A stretch of 64,000 nt of DNA from a virus. Under the pieces are notes generated by a model. The model had not been told where the DNA came from, searched no databases, and was given only the letters and a program-made list of their open reading frames with translations. Position 1 is the first letter of the stretch, and the number at the start of each line of letters is the position of its first letter. Positions 9,356-22,800 of the stretch are shown piece by piece. Location of the stretch: positions 78,295-142,294 of the IMG/VR virus record IMGVR_UViG_3300020198_000887; one strand, 5' to 3'. A program made the translations under genes and the position numbers.

Positions 9356-11008
9356 TTATATGTTAGTTTGCCAAACCCATACATTAGTAATTGATAATTC
9401 ATATTCCTTTATTACACCAGTATCAATGCATAATATTCTACAAATTGCACCAGATTGATGTTCTGTCGGTGGATATATTTTATTAATATACACACTAGCA
9501 ATCTGCTCATTACTTAAAATTCCGTTATTTATTGTTAATCCCAACGGAGCCACTTTAACTGCTGTTGTCAATGTCACTAAGTTAACAGCATCAGTTTCAT
9601 TAGTAGGTGATGCAACATTTATTAGTTTTTTATTACTAACATTAACCGACCCATTACCCTTTGGTAATAATATTATATCGCCATGTTGTATTATTGGGTT
9701 TACGTAACTTATTGTATCTGAATTAATATTCACATAATCTACTTGCAATGATGTCAATTGGCCAATACTAGTCAACCCGGGTGCACTAGTTACTGTAATT
9801 CCCAATGATGACAAACTTAATACATCTTGCGTTCCTATCTTGTATGATTTTCCACTTATCAACGCCATATTATCAGACGACGTCCATGCTGCAGTTTCAC
9901 CAACCCAATTAAATGTCTTGTCAGTGGTCCCCTTGACAGTAATACCACCACCATCTGCAGTTAAATCAGTTGGGTTATCAACTTTGCCTAATTCAATGTT
10001 TCTATCAACTATATCAATAACGGTAGATTTAACCGTAGTTAATTCACCCTTTACGGTCAAACTTCCCTGAATTATTGCGTCTCCAGTAACATCCAACGTA
10101 GCATTTGGGGTATTTGTGAATATACCAACCCGTTGATGCAATGCATTAATATGCACCCCGGGTAATAATTGATTATTATGCCGTATATTAAATTGAATAT
10201 CTTGGTCTGCCACATTTGAATTTAATTCAAACTTTAAATTACTAACTTTAATTTCGTTATTGCTAGCCGGGCCAAGTACTAATGGCGTTGAATTTATGAC
10301 AGATATTGTACCAACCGTATCAGTATCGGTGTTCGTTTTCATAAAATTTTCGGCATTATATGATGTTCCAATTGAATCTAATAGTGCTGCGGAGGTTTCA
10401 ACCGGTGCTTTGAATTTTATACCAGACAAACTTCCGGAATTAAATCCAATATCTATCAATGTTCCATTATAACCAGGAATGGTCTTGGCTAATGTAAATG
10501 CAGCACTACTAAAAATTCCCAATAATATTTTAGATACATATAATAATACTAATGTATGTTTTATTTGATGTACATCATATACTTCAGTTATAATAAATCC
10601 ACTTACACCCTGTTGTGCAGTATATGCTGGCCCAGCCAATGATAACCCAAATCCATCGTGAAAATACATTTGTCGGCGAGTGGTATCTATCCATAAATCA
10701 CCCTGTGTTAATGTGCTTGGGGCTGAACTTGCAACTACTGTTCCACTTGTTGCATTAAATCCAATACCATTGTATACTTTTAACCGTTCATCAGATGTAT
10801 CAAACCACAGCTGGCCTGCAATTGGCCTTGGTGGTGGTGTAGTATTTGCAAAATTTTCCAACAAATACACCATATTCTCATTAAACAGTTCACCATATGT
10901 ACTAGTATTTTTACCGATCAACGTTAAATCACTAGCAGTTTGGTCAATAGTTCCATCTAAGATATCAGTTAATTTTGACCCATCAGTTTTGTTTATTGTG
11001 TAACTCAT
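9356..11008 (-). CDS. Tail fibre/baseplate-attached protein, paralog 2
   Basis: Same N-terminal module (LLENFANTTPP..GQLWFD); RVGIFTNTPNATLDVTG beta-strand motif. Confidence 0.65.
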   Translation of the reverse strand: MSYTINKTDGSKLTDILDGTIDQTASDLTLIGKNTSTYGELFNENMVYLLENFANTTPPPRPIAGQLWFDTSDERLKVYNGIGFNATSGTVVASSAPSTLTQGDLWIDTTRRQMYFHDGFGLSLAGPAYTAQQGVSGFIITEVYDVHQIKHTLVLLYVSKILLGIFSSAAFTLAKTIPGYNGTLIDIGFNSGSLSGIKFKAPVETSAALLDSIGTSYNAENFMKTNTDTDTVGTISVINSTPLVLGPASNNEIKVSNLKFELNSNVADQDIQFNIRHNNQLLPGVHINALHQRVGIFTNTPNATLDVTGDAIIQGSLTVKGELTTVKSTVIDIVDRNIELGKVDNPTDLTADGGGITVKGTTDKTFNWVGETAAWTSSDNMALISGKSYKIGTQDVLSLSSLGITVTSAPGLTSIGQLTSLQVDYVNINSDTISYVNPIIQHGDIILLPKGNGSVNVSNKKLINVASPTNETDAVNLVTLTTAVKVAPLGLTINNGILSNEQIASVYINKIYPPTEHQSGAICRILCIDTGVIKEYELSITNVWVWQTNI

Positions 11009-13131
11009 TATAAGACCCCAGTAAAAATTATATAATTTATGGCTAGATATGGGTTCATAATATCAAATGAAGTACCAATTCTAGATGATATAACATTACC
11101 GCTATTACCCAATCCAAACCCAGTACTTGAACTAGGCATACCATATCCAGGTCTTGCATTGTCATCATCCATTCCATCTGGAATACCGGAAGCATAATAT
11201 TGTGCTTCCCCACTATTTAAGTTATGTTTATGCTCTGGTAGATTTTCGACTAATAATGTTTTGGTTTCACTGCCTGCGCTAGAACCCAATGTATCTGCTA
11301 CTACTGATGATACCCGATTTGCCGAACCGCCACCCGCATCTACAAAAATATCTGGATTATCAATGCTAGGTACAGTTATGTTGTTATCCATATTATCCAT
11401 ACCCAACGCAAATCTCCCACGTAAGTCTGGGAGACAAAATGTATTAGCCCCATTTAGGGCTGAAATTCGATTATAAGTTGTTCCAATAACTTCATATAGC
11501 GCGGAATATTCAGAAATTCTCACTTCACTCCCGTCACATAGTTTGTATCCAGAAGGGACCACTACCCCCGCAAATGGGAATATTGCACCAATCGGAACTA
11601 ATGGGATGTTTGATAAAAAATCTAACTTTGACACCTGTTTAAGACCGGGTGACACTGTGCCTGACCGATAAATCAATAACTTATCATCACTATATGCCAC
11701 GGGTACCTGTGGCTTTGATGTTATAATACTAGTGGTAACACTAGTTTGAAAAATGGCTGTTCCAGTACTAGTTTGCCCATTAAAACTTATTCCAGCACTA
11801 CTTATATCCCCGGTTAGACTGAATACTGTCGGGCTTGCCAACTTTGATGCTGACCCACTTGCGTTTCCAATCAATGTACCAGTAACCGTTCCGGAAAAAT
11901 TGCCAACAAATGAATCTGCGTACACATTTCTAAATTTTCTCGATTCTGACCCAATATCATAACTAGAAGTAGCAGTATCCGTCCCCGGTAATATTACGGC
12001 AGCAGGAGATACCTCACCAAATGAATCTAAGCTATTAACATATAAAGTACCATTACTGTTTATAGCAGAATTAAACCGTGCAGTTTTTTCTACTGAAATC
12101 CCACCATATGTAACAATACTTAAATCATCAGTGGTTGTAACATTGATATTACCGTTGGTGGTAATATTCCCATTAACATCAAGTGCTTCCTGGGGGTTTA
12201 TATTGTTCAACCCAATTCCAACTTTAGCAGATGAGGTCACCCGCATAGCAGTAATGATGTCTGAACTATTTGCTAAATTAAAATCTATGTTTTTGCCACT
12301 ACTCTTTGAGTACAAAACAGAAGAATTTTCATTTGTTATTAAACTGAAACTTGAATCACCACCTATACTAATGCCATCATTGGAATTTATTTTTAATGGC
12401 ACAGTCAATGGGGTGATATAATCTGTACGTACAAACTTTGTAGAATCAACCGTGACCCCATTAATAACCAATGCGTTTGCCTGACTTGCAGTTCCCCAAA
12501 ATTTTACAGGCGTAGATGTACTATCAGAATCTATATTACTTAAATTAACACCATGCTTGATTATTGGGAACCCACTTACAGTAGTTTTTGGTACAAATGT
12601 TTCTTTACTAATTATTACCAACAAATAATTTGATGCATAAAAGCAAATTACACTATGACTTATATTACTTGTATCAATAATAATATCAATCACCGGACCA
12701 GTCTTTAATCCCTCACTAAATTGTGGGCCGACTAATAACCAATTAGATCCAGAAAATATATACAATTGATGATTTGTTGTGTCAACCCACACATCACCGG
12801 TGGTACTACTTTCAATTGTTGGCGTACTACTGGATTTTTTTACTGACCCGGCTGGCATCCACAGCTCACCATCCCATATTTTAAGTAAATTTATTTTAGT
12901 ATCAAACCATAATTGACCAACGGTGGGTGGCGCTTGTCCAATTTGTGTACCAGGGGCAAATGGTCCAGAAAAATTTTCCAATAAATGTAAAAAGTTTTCT
13001 GCAATATATGGGGCATACCCAGAAAAGTTTTTACCAACAAATGTCAGGGATGTTTCTTGATTAATTTGTTGGTCATTTACAGTAATCGGAGTATTGGAGT
13101 TTGGATCTGTATGTTTAACTGTATAACTCAT
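11008..13131 (-). CDS. Short tail fibre-like protein with phage tail collar domain, paralog 1
   Basis: PIGAIFPFAG..VPSGYKLCDG...YSALYEVIGTTY...FCLPDLRGRFALG and C-terminal NPYLAINYII (T4 gp12-type collar). Confidence 0.8.
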   Translation of the reverse strand: MSYTVKHTDPNSNTPITVNDQQINQETSLTFVGKNFSGYAPYIAENFLHLLENFSGPFAPGTQIGQAPPTVGQLWFDTKINLLKIWDGELWMPAGSVKKSSSTPTIESSTTGDVWVDTTNHQLYIFSGSNWLLVGPQFSEGLKTGPVIDIIIDTSNISHSVICFYASNYLLVIISKETFVPKTTVSGFPIIKHGVNLSNIDSDSTSTPVKFWGTASQANALVINGVTVDSTKFVRTDYITPLTVPLKINSNDGISIGGDSSFSLITNENSSVLYSKSSGKNIDFNLANSSDIITAMRVTSSAKVGIGLNNINPQEALDVNGNITTNGNINVTTTDDLSIVTYGGISVEKTARFNSAINSNGTLYVNSLDSFGEVSPAAVILPGTDTATSSYDIGSESRKFRNVYADSFVGNFSGTVTGTLIGNASGSASKLASPTVFSLTGDISSAGISFNGQTSTGTAIFQTSVTTSIITSKPQVPVAYSDDKLLIYRSGTVSPGLKQVSKLDFLSNIPLVPIGAIFPFAGVVVPSGYKLCDGSEVRISEYSALYEVIGTTYNRISALNGANTFCLPDLRGRFALGMDNMDNNITVPSIDNPDIFVDAGGGSANRVSSVVADTLGSSAGSETKTLLVENLPEHKHNLNSGEAQYYASGIPDGMDDDNARPGYGMPSSSTGFGLGNSGNVISSRIGTSFDIMNPYLAINYIIFTGVL

Positions 13132-13134
13132 CTG

Positions 13135-13743
13135 TTAAACCCCCACTAACCCAGTCAAACTTTGGATACGAACTGTGTAATCAATTTGTATCAATCTATT
13201 AAGAGATTTTTGAACTGGATGAAATATAACATGGGTTAATAATAAACTTTGACCAGTTGAACTATATGACTTCAACCCAAGTTCATCGAAAATATACGAG
13301 CTATCAGAGTTTGTTGAATTGTCGAATGCACTTTGACCATCCGGCTCACCATAATCTAACAAACACGTAATAAAAACATCGGTATAATTGGTACCAGTTA
13401 CATGACGTGTTTCTATAAAATTTCTGGTAGGGTCAACATTATTACTCGATCTATCATCAACCACTTTGGTGTATGTTTGATTATACAAACTCGCATTTGC
13501 CCCAGACCCGTTTGGTGTTAAATATGTAATTATACCAGTTGGGTCAACCGTTGTACCGCCATTTCCAAATGCCATTTCATATATAAATCCTTGCCCACTA
13601 TTAGCAATACTTTGTGCTAACCCAATACTAATATTTTCATAATGAATGGCATTTCTCTTATTAACAAATACCTCTGTAGTTTCTGGATCCCACAGTTTAA
13701 TATGACCTTCTACATGTATTCCTGTTGTTTCTTTACTCTGCAT
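13135..13743 (-). CDS. Conserved virion structural protein (baseplate region)
   Basis: 202 aa, inside the baseplate operon; FDELGL and THVIFHPVQKSLNR motifs. Confidence 0.6.
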   Translation of the reverse strand: MQSKETTGIHVEGHIKLWDPETTEVFVNKRNAIHYENISIGLAQSIANSGQGFIYEMAFGNGGTTVDPTGIITYLTPNGSGANASLYNQTYTKVVDDRSSNNVDPTRNFIETRHVTGTNYTDVFITCLLDYGEPDGQSAFDNSTNSDSSYIFDELGLKSYSSTGQSLLLTHVIFHPVQKSLNRLIQIDYTVRIQSLTGLVGV

Positions 13744-13764
13744 GATACGCTCTCTTTATCTGTA

Positions 13765-13772
13765 TATTTATC
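13765..13772 (-). promoter_or_regulatory. Putative late promoter GATAAATA
   Basis: TAAATA box 22 nt upstream of the 13743 start. Confidence 0.5.
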
Positions 13773-13810
13773 TTATCCAATTATCTACCAAGTTATTCAC
13801 ATTCGCCATA

Positions 13811-16800
13811 TCAATATGGCGAATACCAAATACCAGGGGTTGTTTTTAAGAAGGTGGCAACTTCAGATATATCAGAATTCATATCAAGCGTAACATTCCA
13901 CGCTCTCCCAGTTCGTTTGACAACGGTAATATGTGTACCTGCTTCCAATTTGTTAGTTAATACAATTTCACTAGCAACCCCATCGACCGCAAAGTCCGCG
14001 TCAAAATTAATGTCTCCCTCTGGACTATCCATATGTTTACCAACGTTATGAACTTTATATGGCGCTTTTTTCAATCTAATATTCCCTATAAAAAACTCCC
14101 ATTTAGTCGAATCATCCGCAAACATCATAGAACTGGTATGTTCTGTTACGCATTTATATGTGTAACTCCCATTAACGACAAGTGTTCCAACGGTATACAA
14201 TACATTGGGCACCCATGGGGTATTGTTGGCATATCCACCAACAAATACCTCAATAGAATTACATTGTCCATAATCTAATGGAATACTTGACCGATAATCC
14301 CATACATTGGTCGATTTTTCGGGGATAAATTTCAATGGCACAATTGTTGTTCCATCTGAAACTATCTGTTCAGTAATTGTATGATCACGATATGGAATTG
14401 TTTCACTAGTTCCAATATCCTGGACATTTGCACCAACACTATGCATTAACGGGGTTCCCGTACCTAATGTTCCACGACGCAGTTGACTCAATACATTCCC
14501 ATTTTTGTTGAAATATTCAATTCGTTCACCACGTATTTCAATTATCCCAGGTCTGTTAAGCAATGGGTTTGGTTCATCAAAGTTGCTTGCATCACTTACT
14601 ATTATACTAGTATCATTCCATTTCAAATCGTGTGCTAGTGTAGTTTGTTTAGACAAACTTAGCCGTTTAAAATGTGTTCTATTCAACATATCTTTAAACT
14701 GCATATACGAAATACCACTTTTTAATATATTGTTACTATATGTTATAATTGTAAATGTGTCATTCACTTTAGATTTTTTACCCAATGTGATACTACGTTT
14801 ATCTGAATTCAACTTATAATCCACACTCGAAGTTAATAAACTATCATTTTTTATAACCCAGACATAACTGTCGTCCATTACTGCATTTTCAAGTGGTATC
14901 ACACCACCTTTAATATTCACATATGAATAATATGTTGGTGAATAAAGATCTACTAATATATCACTTACATTAAAACCAGTTTCGTGTGATATAATATTTT
15001 CATGTTTATATGAACTTACTATACTGATAGTTTTACCGGACTCATGCTGGTCAGTAAATTGTATTTTAGCACTTTCTGTGTGGGTGGCAGGAATATAAAA
15101 ATACTCATTATCACGTGTAATACTTACAATCATCTCTTTATTATTATATTTTTTATATACACGCTTGTTTATAGTAATACTAATACAAGACAAATCAACA
15201 GTATAATCAGATGACACCTTCAATTTATTACCATCAACAATTACTTCGAAATCTTCGATGTTTACTGTATGTGGTTGGAACTTTATGGCATCTATTACAT
15301 ATGTTAAAATACTATTTTTAATAGTATAATAATTATTAACAGGAGCTTTCAATACCTTGTTCCCCACAAACACCAACATTTTAGATTCAACTGGCAATGA
15401 GTCACCAACAACACTTTGAATATTGTACGGGACCCCGGCAGGTCTACCATCCGCGATTATATTTTCTGTTTTTGTAACTGCAAATGAATACAGTTCCCCA
15501 TCAAACACAACGTACGTCACCAATGAATCATTCGCAGGTGGTATTGCTAAATTGATTTTTACAAACCCATTTTCTTTACTAACTGTATAAGAAACATTCA
15601 CCCCGTTGACATATACCATTGCATTAATATTGGTTTTATATGACACAGTTGTTAAGATTCCAGTAGTTTCACCAGTTGAAATAACCGAATTAATATCTAA
15701 AATTTTGACCCCATTTACACCAAAACTGTATATTGATACAATATGATTAATCGGTGGTGGGGTTACAAATGTTATGGAATTATTTCTTAAATTAACAATG
15801 TAATCAACTCCTTGTTCTTTTATAGTAGAAGTAGTTCCATTTGATACCTTTACAATTACCGCCTGCGAATTGTTTATTTGATGTGTCATTGTATAAGTTT
15901 TACTAACCCCATCAGTAATAAAATTATCTATTTTAATACTCGCCGATCCCGAATAGGATTTTTCAAATACTTTTATTGCAACCGCATCAACAACCTGCCC
16001 AGGAACAACTTCTTCTGTAGCAGGACTAGTAGTGGGGGTAACAAATCCATCACCATCTACAATAATATCATCTGCATTAATACCAACTGCGCTTTGATAT
16101 GCAAGATCACCACCAACCAATGTGGTATCATAATCATACTCACTTGGGTTTGGGGCACCATCACTTGTAATTTTTCGTAAAATTATTTGGTCACTATTCT
16201 TTATAACAATAGGCTGAATAATACCATCTATGTCACTATATGAATTAGGAATAGTCACAGTATGTCTAACCCCATCAGCAACCCAGGATGCCATCCTAGC
16301 ATGTTTATTGGTTTGTGATTCTGTGCCATAATATGGGTCATCAATTTTAATGCCATTATGATATACGTTTATAACCGTACCAGCTGTTGGAATGTATGGT
16401 AATGTAAATTCGTGTTCATTAGCAGATGTCATAACAATATAATCATCAAAAGTGGGATCTTTACTATCCCATCTATCTGAATAATATGGGATTGAATCCC
16501 ATCCACCAGTTTGTGCAAATCCCAACCCAGATACAATAACACCACCATAATCAACCCCTGACATCAACTGTGCCAGGTCATTACCTAACTCACCAGATGT
16601 TGGATTATAATAATATTGTATTCTGTCTGATGCATTTAACAATGACCAATCCTTGACATATGTAACACTAATTTTAGATTTCACAGCAGGAGCACTATTA
16701 AATGTTATAGTTCCATAATAAGAAGTATATCCACGAGTTTTAGACTTACGAATATCCATTTTATAATTAGATTTTACTACAGTTTGACCATCAACTATTA

Positions 16801-19800
16801 CTGATGTATTTGTTAATATCAAGTTTGGTGCCCACGTTAATGAGAATTGTAACCGAGTTCCTGTTCCAGTAAATTCTTCTGTTTCCTGTAATTGTGTTAT
16901 AAAATATGTTTGTGTTATCCTATCAAATTTGATTTTTAGCATATTAGAACGTACAACACCATCCCCAATTGTCGCAATTGCGGTTGCAGAGACCCCATTT
17001 TCTGATAAGCCACCTTCTATTTTTACGTGTGGTGCCTGTAAATACCCAGATCCGTTTGATACCATTACAATCCGTGTAACTTTACCGTGTGCAATATATG
17101 CTTTTGCGATGGAAGTTGATTTTGAAGCACCAACTATAGTTACAATTGGTTCATTGATATAACCAGACCCACCATCAATAATTGTGATACTAGTAACAGA
17201 AAACCCAACATTATCTGCCCAATGTCGCCATGGATATGTGTCCAACGTTTCATCATGTGTGATAGTTGAATTATTAACAGATAATAATAGATGTCTATTA
17301 TACAAAGGAGGTACATCAAAATCAGTAGTGGATACCCCACCCATATCCAATTTTTCATATGAACTAATATATTCCCTAATCTGTGTTCTATATGGTTTTA
17401 CTTCTGCTACGTAATCTTCAAAATTTTGAAGATTATCATTTCGATACCCAGATGGTTGATGTAATTCACCAACATTATGTTTGGCTTTTACAAAACTAGT
17501 TTTGAAAACCCAGTCAACATATGTTTGTTCGCTTAATGCATATCTAATACTTGTAAAAAACAAATTTAAATAATGGTGTTTTAAATTATCAATGAATATA
17601 TTATTTTTAATAACATTGAATATAAATCTAAGTTCAATAGATGCATTATCATCATAAGTTCCACTATCAAATAATATTCCATCATATCCACTACCTGTGT
17701 TTGAAAATTCATATAATGAAGATTTAAATTGTATAGTGCCCTGCTGACTACCAACGACTCTGTATGACATCGTCCAATCAACCGAAATTGCATCAGAATA
17801 TTTTACCAACAATACCCATTTGCCATTATTGGTTAGTCTAACTTTTACCAACTCACCAATTTTAACAGTTTTACTACTTATATCAGCAAATGTATCCACT
17901 GAATGGTGTATTTTAGTATGTTTGGTGTAATCATCCGCATACCAATCAATATATTCCCAATATTCAGATACATCATATGATTGTGACTTTACTTTTGACC
18001 ATAATTTGTTAATTGGGTCATATGAATATATCCCCCATTTGTCACCAGACTGTGAATCACTGTATACCAAAATAGAATAATCCCGCACAAACAACACAGT
18101 ATTATTATCATAGCCGTTACCACCAGATATAACATCAACACCTGTTATTTGACCAGCTGAATTTATTTTAGTTTTTAACACTGCCCCCTTCCCACTACCA
18201 ACTACTTCAATATATGAAACATTTTTATACCCATTTCCTTTGTTTATAATAGTTACATCAACAATTCTTCCATCGACGATAATCGGCGTCAATACTGGAC
18301 GCTTAAATAACGTAATATTAGTTAATTGCAATTCTTCATATGTATCAACAACTGAATCATATAGCCCACGGGTAGTTGATGGATAATTGTCATATCTACT
18401 TAGTATTGAAATATCCCTAGTGTCTGTTATTAAATTGGCTTTTAATACGGCATTCGTTTGAACGATTAACTGTTTTAAAATTTCAAACCGGTTAACAAAC
18501 ATACTTTGTCTAGGAATAGCTTCGATACCATACCGAAGTTTTGGTGGGACCCCCATATCAGGTACTAATCTATTTGATTCGTCCTTCCCACATAAACTAT
18601 CAACCCACTTTTCTTCTATTCTTGATGGGATAATAGTCGTGGTATCACTACTAATAATTTTCCACTCAGTATGAATATTTTGGTCTGTTTTATCACCTGT
18701 CCAATATTCAACCGATAGCACCACATCATTATCATTAAGTAATGGTTTTATGTTGGTTAGACTAAATGAATTAGTACCTGTCAATGCAAGATACTGCCGA
18801 CCAACACCACGTGGGTTCGCTATTATTGAAGATGCATCATATGATGATATCCGTCTTCCAGCTACATTCGGAATGGTTTTTTTGTTTTTAACCCAAAAAT
18901 AATATGTATTTTTAAATGTTTGGCTTATGTTGTCATATTTACGAACTATACTATATGATTTATCACCATATAGTGTCATTCCACTAATATTATTAACCAA
19001 CCCTTCCTCAGTATCGGCTAATTTATCCCACAAAGACGGAAGTGTCGTAGTCTCAACCCATTCATATATGTCAATGGATGCACCATATGCCAATGTGTTC
19101 CACGTATTAGTTCTATATAAAATATTATCATCATAACTATTGACAAATTTTGCTGTTCTTAAATCCCACCATACTCGCCCAACATATGATTTAGTCCATG
19201 CCAGCCCATCATCAACCGTAACACCATCCGTTCCCTTAGAATATATAGCCGGATCATAAAATGTTTTGTAATCAATCTCTTCCTCAACTACCCCAGCAAT
19301 TTTGCCTTGAATTGGATCGATTATATCAAGATAGGTAATTAATTTATTTGAATTTTTATTATACAAAAATGCTTGTTTAATTTTGGTAACGTCTGGACGT
19401 GGAACTTCTGTATGTTTCATCGTCCAAGAATATGAATTTAATGAAAGTTTTGTATATTCATATACTTTCCCTGAAATTACGGATTGATCAATTCCAAAAG
19501 GAGCACCAACTAATATAGTATTTCTACTTACTGCAACACTTTTACCATAATATTCTGCATCATGACATTCAACTTCCAACGATTCACCAAATACCCAATT
19601 AGTTAAATACCTATCATAGATATCAACCCGGCCACTGTTTGGCTGTTTAGTGACAAACAATGTTGTTTTATTATCAAATGTCGTATTATCATTAAACGAT
19701 AATGATTGCTTGCTATCAGAATTTTCACTGTACACAACCAATGTGTTACTACCATTCATAAAAAATACTTTACTTCCAAAATGTTGCATTGATTCTGGCA

Positions 19801-22800
19801 AAATGTTAACCAATGTGCTCGTCAATTCCCCATCCTTAGAATAGATTGAAACCTTCCCAACTTCTACCAGGTTAATGTTTTGGTCTGGGACATTCATAGA
19901 ATAAACTGCATCTGAAATAGCAACAAATTCGCCATCGCCCGATATTGATATACTATTCCCATCGGCAATCGTCTGTTCAGCAATGGTTGACCGTAAAATA
20001 ATTGAATCATCCGACACAGAATAAACTTTTACGACACCCCCAATAGACGTTGTATTTGGTGCTGCAATAACCAATGTTGAATTATCGTTGCTAAAGTGGA
20101 GTTCAGTACCAAATTTACTATTTTCGCTACCGACTAATACTTGAAGATAATCATATTGCCAAGCATATTTTATAAATTGAATTTTACCAGATGGGGTGTA
20201 ATCTGGTTTAGCGCTGAGTTCTATGGTAGCTGCATCAATTATCCGCATAACAGAATGCCCATTGAACCCGGCACCAACAATAATATCACCAACTTCAATT
20301 CCAAGGGCAGATGAAATAACTAATGTTGTACCTGCACTTCCATTTGGGTTGTAGTAAGAAGTAGCATTAATAATTGGATTGAAATCAATTTTATACACAC
20401 GACCACTATTATCAGATGACCCAGGGGCACCAACATATAATGTGTCGTTTCTAAAAGCTATACTATGTCCGAAGTTTTCATTTGCACATGGTCGTGGACT
20501 CATAACTACATGCAATAACGAATACAATTTCGTTTTTGAATCCTGTTCATAAATGGCAACTACACCATGATTTAATAAATTACTAGGTTTTAATTGTGGG
20601 GCAACTTCAAGAAGTGATATTTCCATCCATTCACTATTATATGCATCTGGTTCGTGGTGCATACCTATCTCGCCCAACGCTGTATACAATCTGTTATTAT
20701 AACTTACAACCGACCGGGCGGCATATGAATAATCCGTATTATATTCACCAAGATACGAATTATTAGAATATGAGGCAGAAGAATACCCAATTGCCACCCA
20801 TTTGCTATCACCGGAAAATACCATATCTGATATAGTCGATACAATAGAATATGTAAGTGTTATACTACCAGTGGCAGTAGTCAATTGAACTTCACCACCA
20901 TTAACAGTCAATGATACTTTTATTGTGGTTGTATTTACAATAGCTGCTATATAATAGCGTGTGTCACTTATTAGTCCACCAACTGAATTTGCAAATCGTA
21001 CTTCTTGCCCTACTTGAAATATAGCTGCATTAGCAATGTGTATAGTATTTACAGTAGACGTGGTTTTTAGAATTACAACAGAACTCTGTAATTTTTTCGC
21101 ACTGCCAGAAAATGAATCCGAAACAGTAATTTTATTACTATATTTGTCAATACTCAATATATAATAACTACTTTTATTATCCAACCCACCAATACTATTA
21201 CTAAAAGAAATCATTTCACCCACTGATAGTGGCTCGACTGTTTCAACAGATATTAAATTAGTCGTTTCCTCTGTGTAATACACCCCCATCATATCTTCAC
21301 TAATGTAAGGCTGTGTCAACAATTGACTTCTCGACCATTGGTTTCTTATACCTGATTTTAAATTCAATATTATTTCGTGTGAAGCGGTTGCAACTGCGGC
21401 TATATTTGCATTATCATTTAATGCAACCCTTGTTCCAAACCCCAAGTTGTATATTTGATTTACATTTTTAATAGTATCTTTCTTATACACAGGATTATAC
21501 TCAATAACCCCCCATTTATTACTGCCAGTGTTATCAATCCATCGCATATCGCCAGGCATTGTTCTAGAATAATTTAAATCTATGTCATCAATAGTTTTTG
21601 TTCTTTTACTAACCAGTTTATATATTATAATTTTACTTTGTTCATTGAATATAGTAATATCAATGGCAGCTTTTATTATGATACTAGTTAAGTTAATATC
21701 AGATATTTTGTAAAAACCACTAAACAAAGAAATATTATTAATGCCAATGTAATCACCGACTTGCAAATCAACTAATTTAGTTGTTATAATTTTTATAGTT
21801 GTACCAGATGATGTGACATTTAATACATCAATATTTGCATTAACTAATTGGTATACATCCCAGCTAACTGGGTCCCACGGTGTTCCACCGAATGTATTCC
21901 AAATATAATCACCCAGTGAAAATTCTGAAATATTCTTTGATAATAATTCATCCATCGATGATATAACAAATTGTACATCCATTGTTCTAACATACCCAGG
22001 GGTTCTTAATAGAGTTTGATTTTTTGTAGTTACCGGCCAAGGATTAGAATTATATGCGGGTGGTTTTAAATAGACATCTGATTCTGATTGTCTTATAATA
22101 AAATCAAATGGGGTATTACCAGTTACGTTAGCAAGTTGAATTCCCTGTGGATTTATTTTAAATTTGTCTTCTTGTAGTACAAACTCAATATTTTCATACG
22201 CAGAGCTGGCACCGTACTGCCCAAGTCTGAGTGCCCATTCTTCATAAAATCTTAAACTTTCTTGACCATCCGAACTTAATACATCAAATAATTTATTAAG
22301 AACATTTGCTGTCCCCTTCTCAGGAAGCATCCCTTGATAAAATTTAAATTCACTAACATCATTTTGAATAATATTTTCTAGATATTGCCGCTTTTGATAC
22401 CCAACCAAATGCTGTGCCATTTTTTGTTGTCCAATATCAAAATTGTCGCTATCTAAACTATAAAAATCTTCAAATTGGCTTGCTTTATAACTCCAGTTTG
22501 GTAATAAGCTAGGTTCTGGTTTTTTTGTAAGACGAACCCATCTTGCATCATCGAATGTTTCTGTTCCTGGGTTAAATTTATTTGCACTGTAGTAATATTC
22601 TTTATATTTTACAACATCACCCATTGCATAATTTTGCCATGCAACCCATTCTTGAATATATGCTTGGTCAAATATAAATCCAGGAATAGAAAATGTCCCA
22701 TTCCAATTCATACTAACGTATCCAGATAACTTTATTCTTTCTTGCTTGTACCCACTTACTGGGTTGTAAATAGTGTCGTTAAATATTGTATTATTATCAA

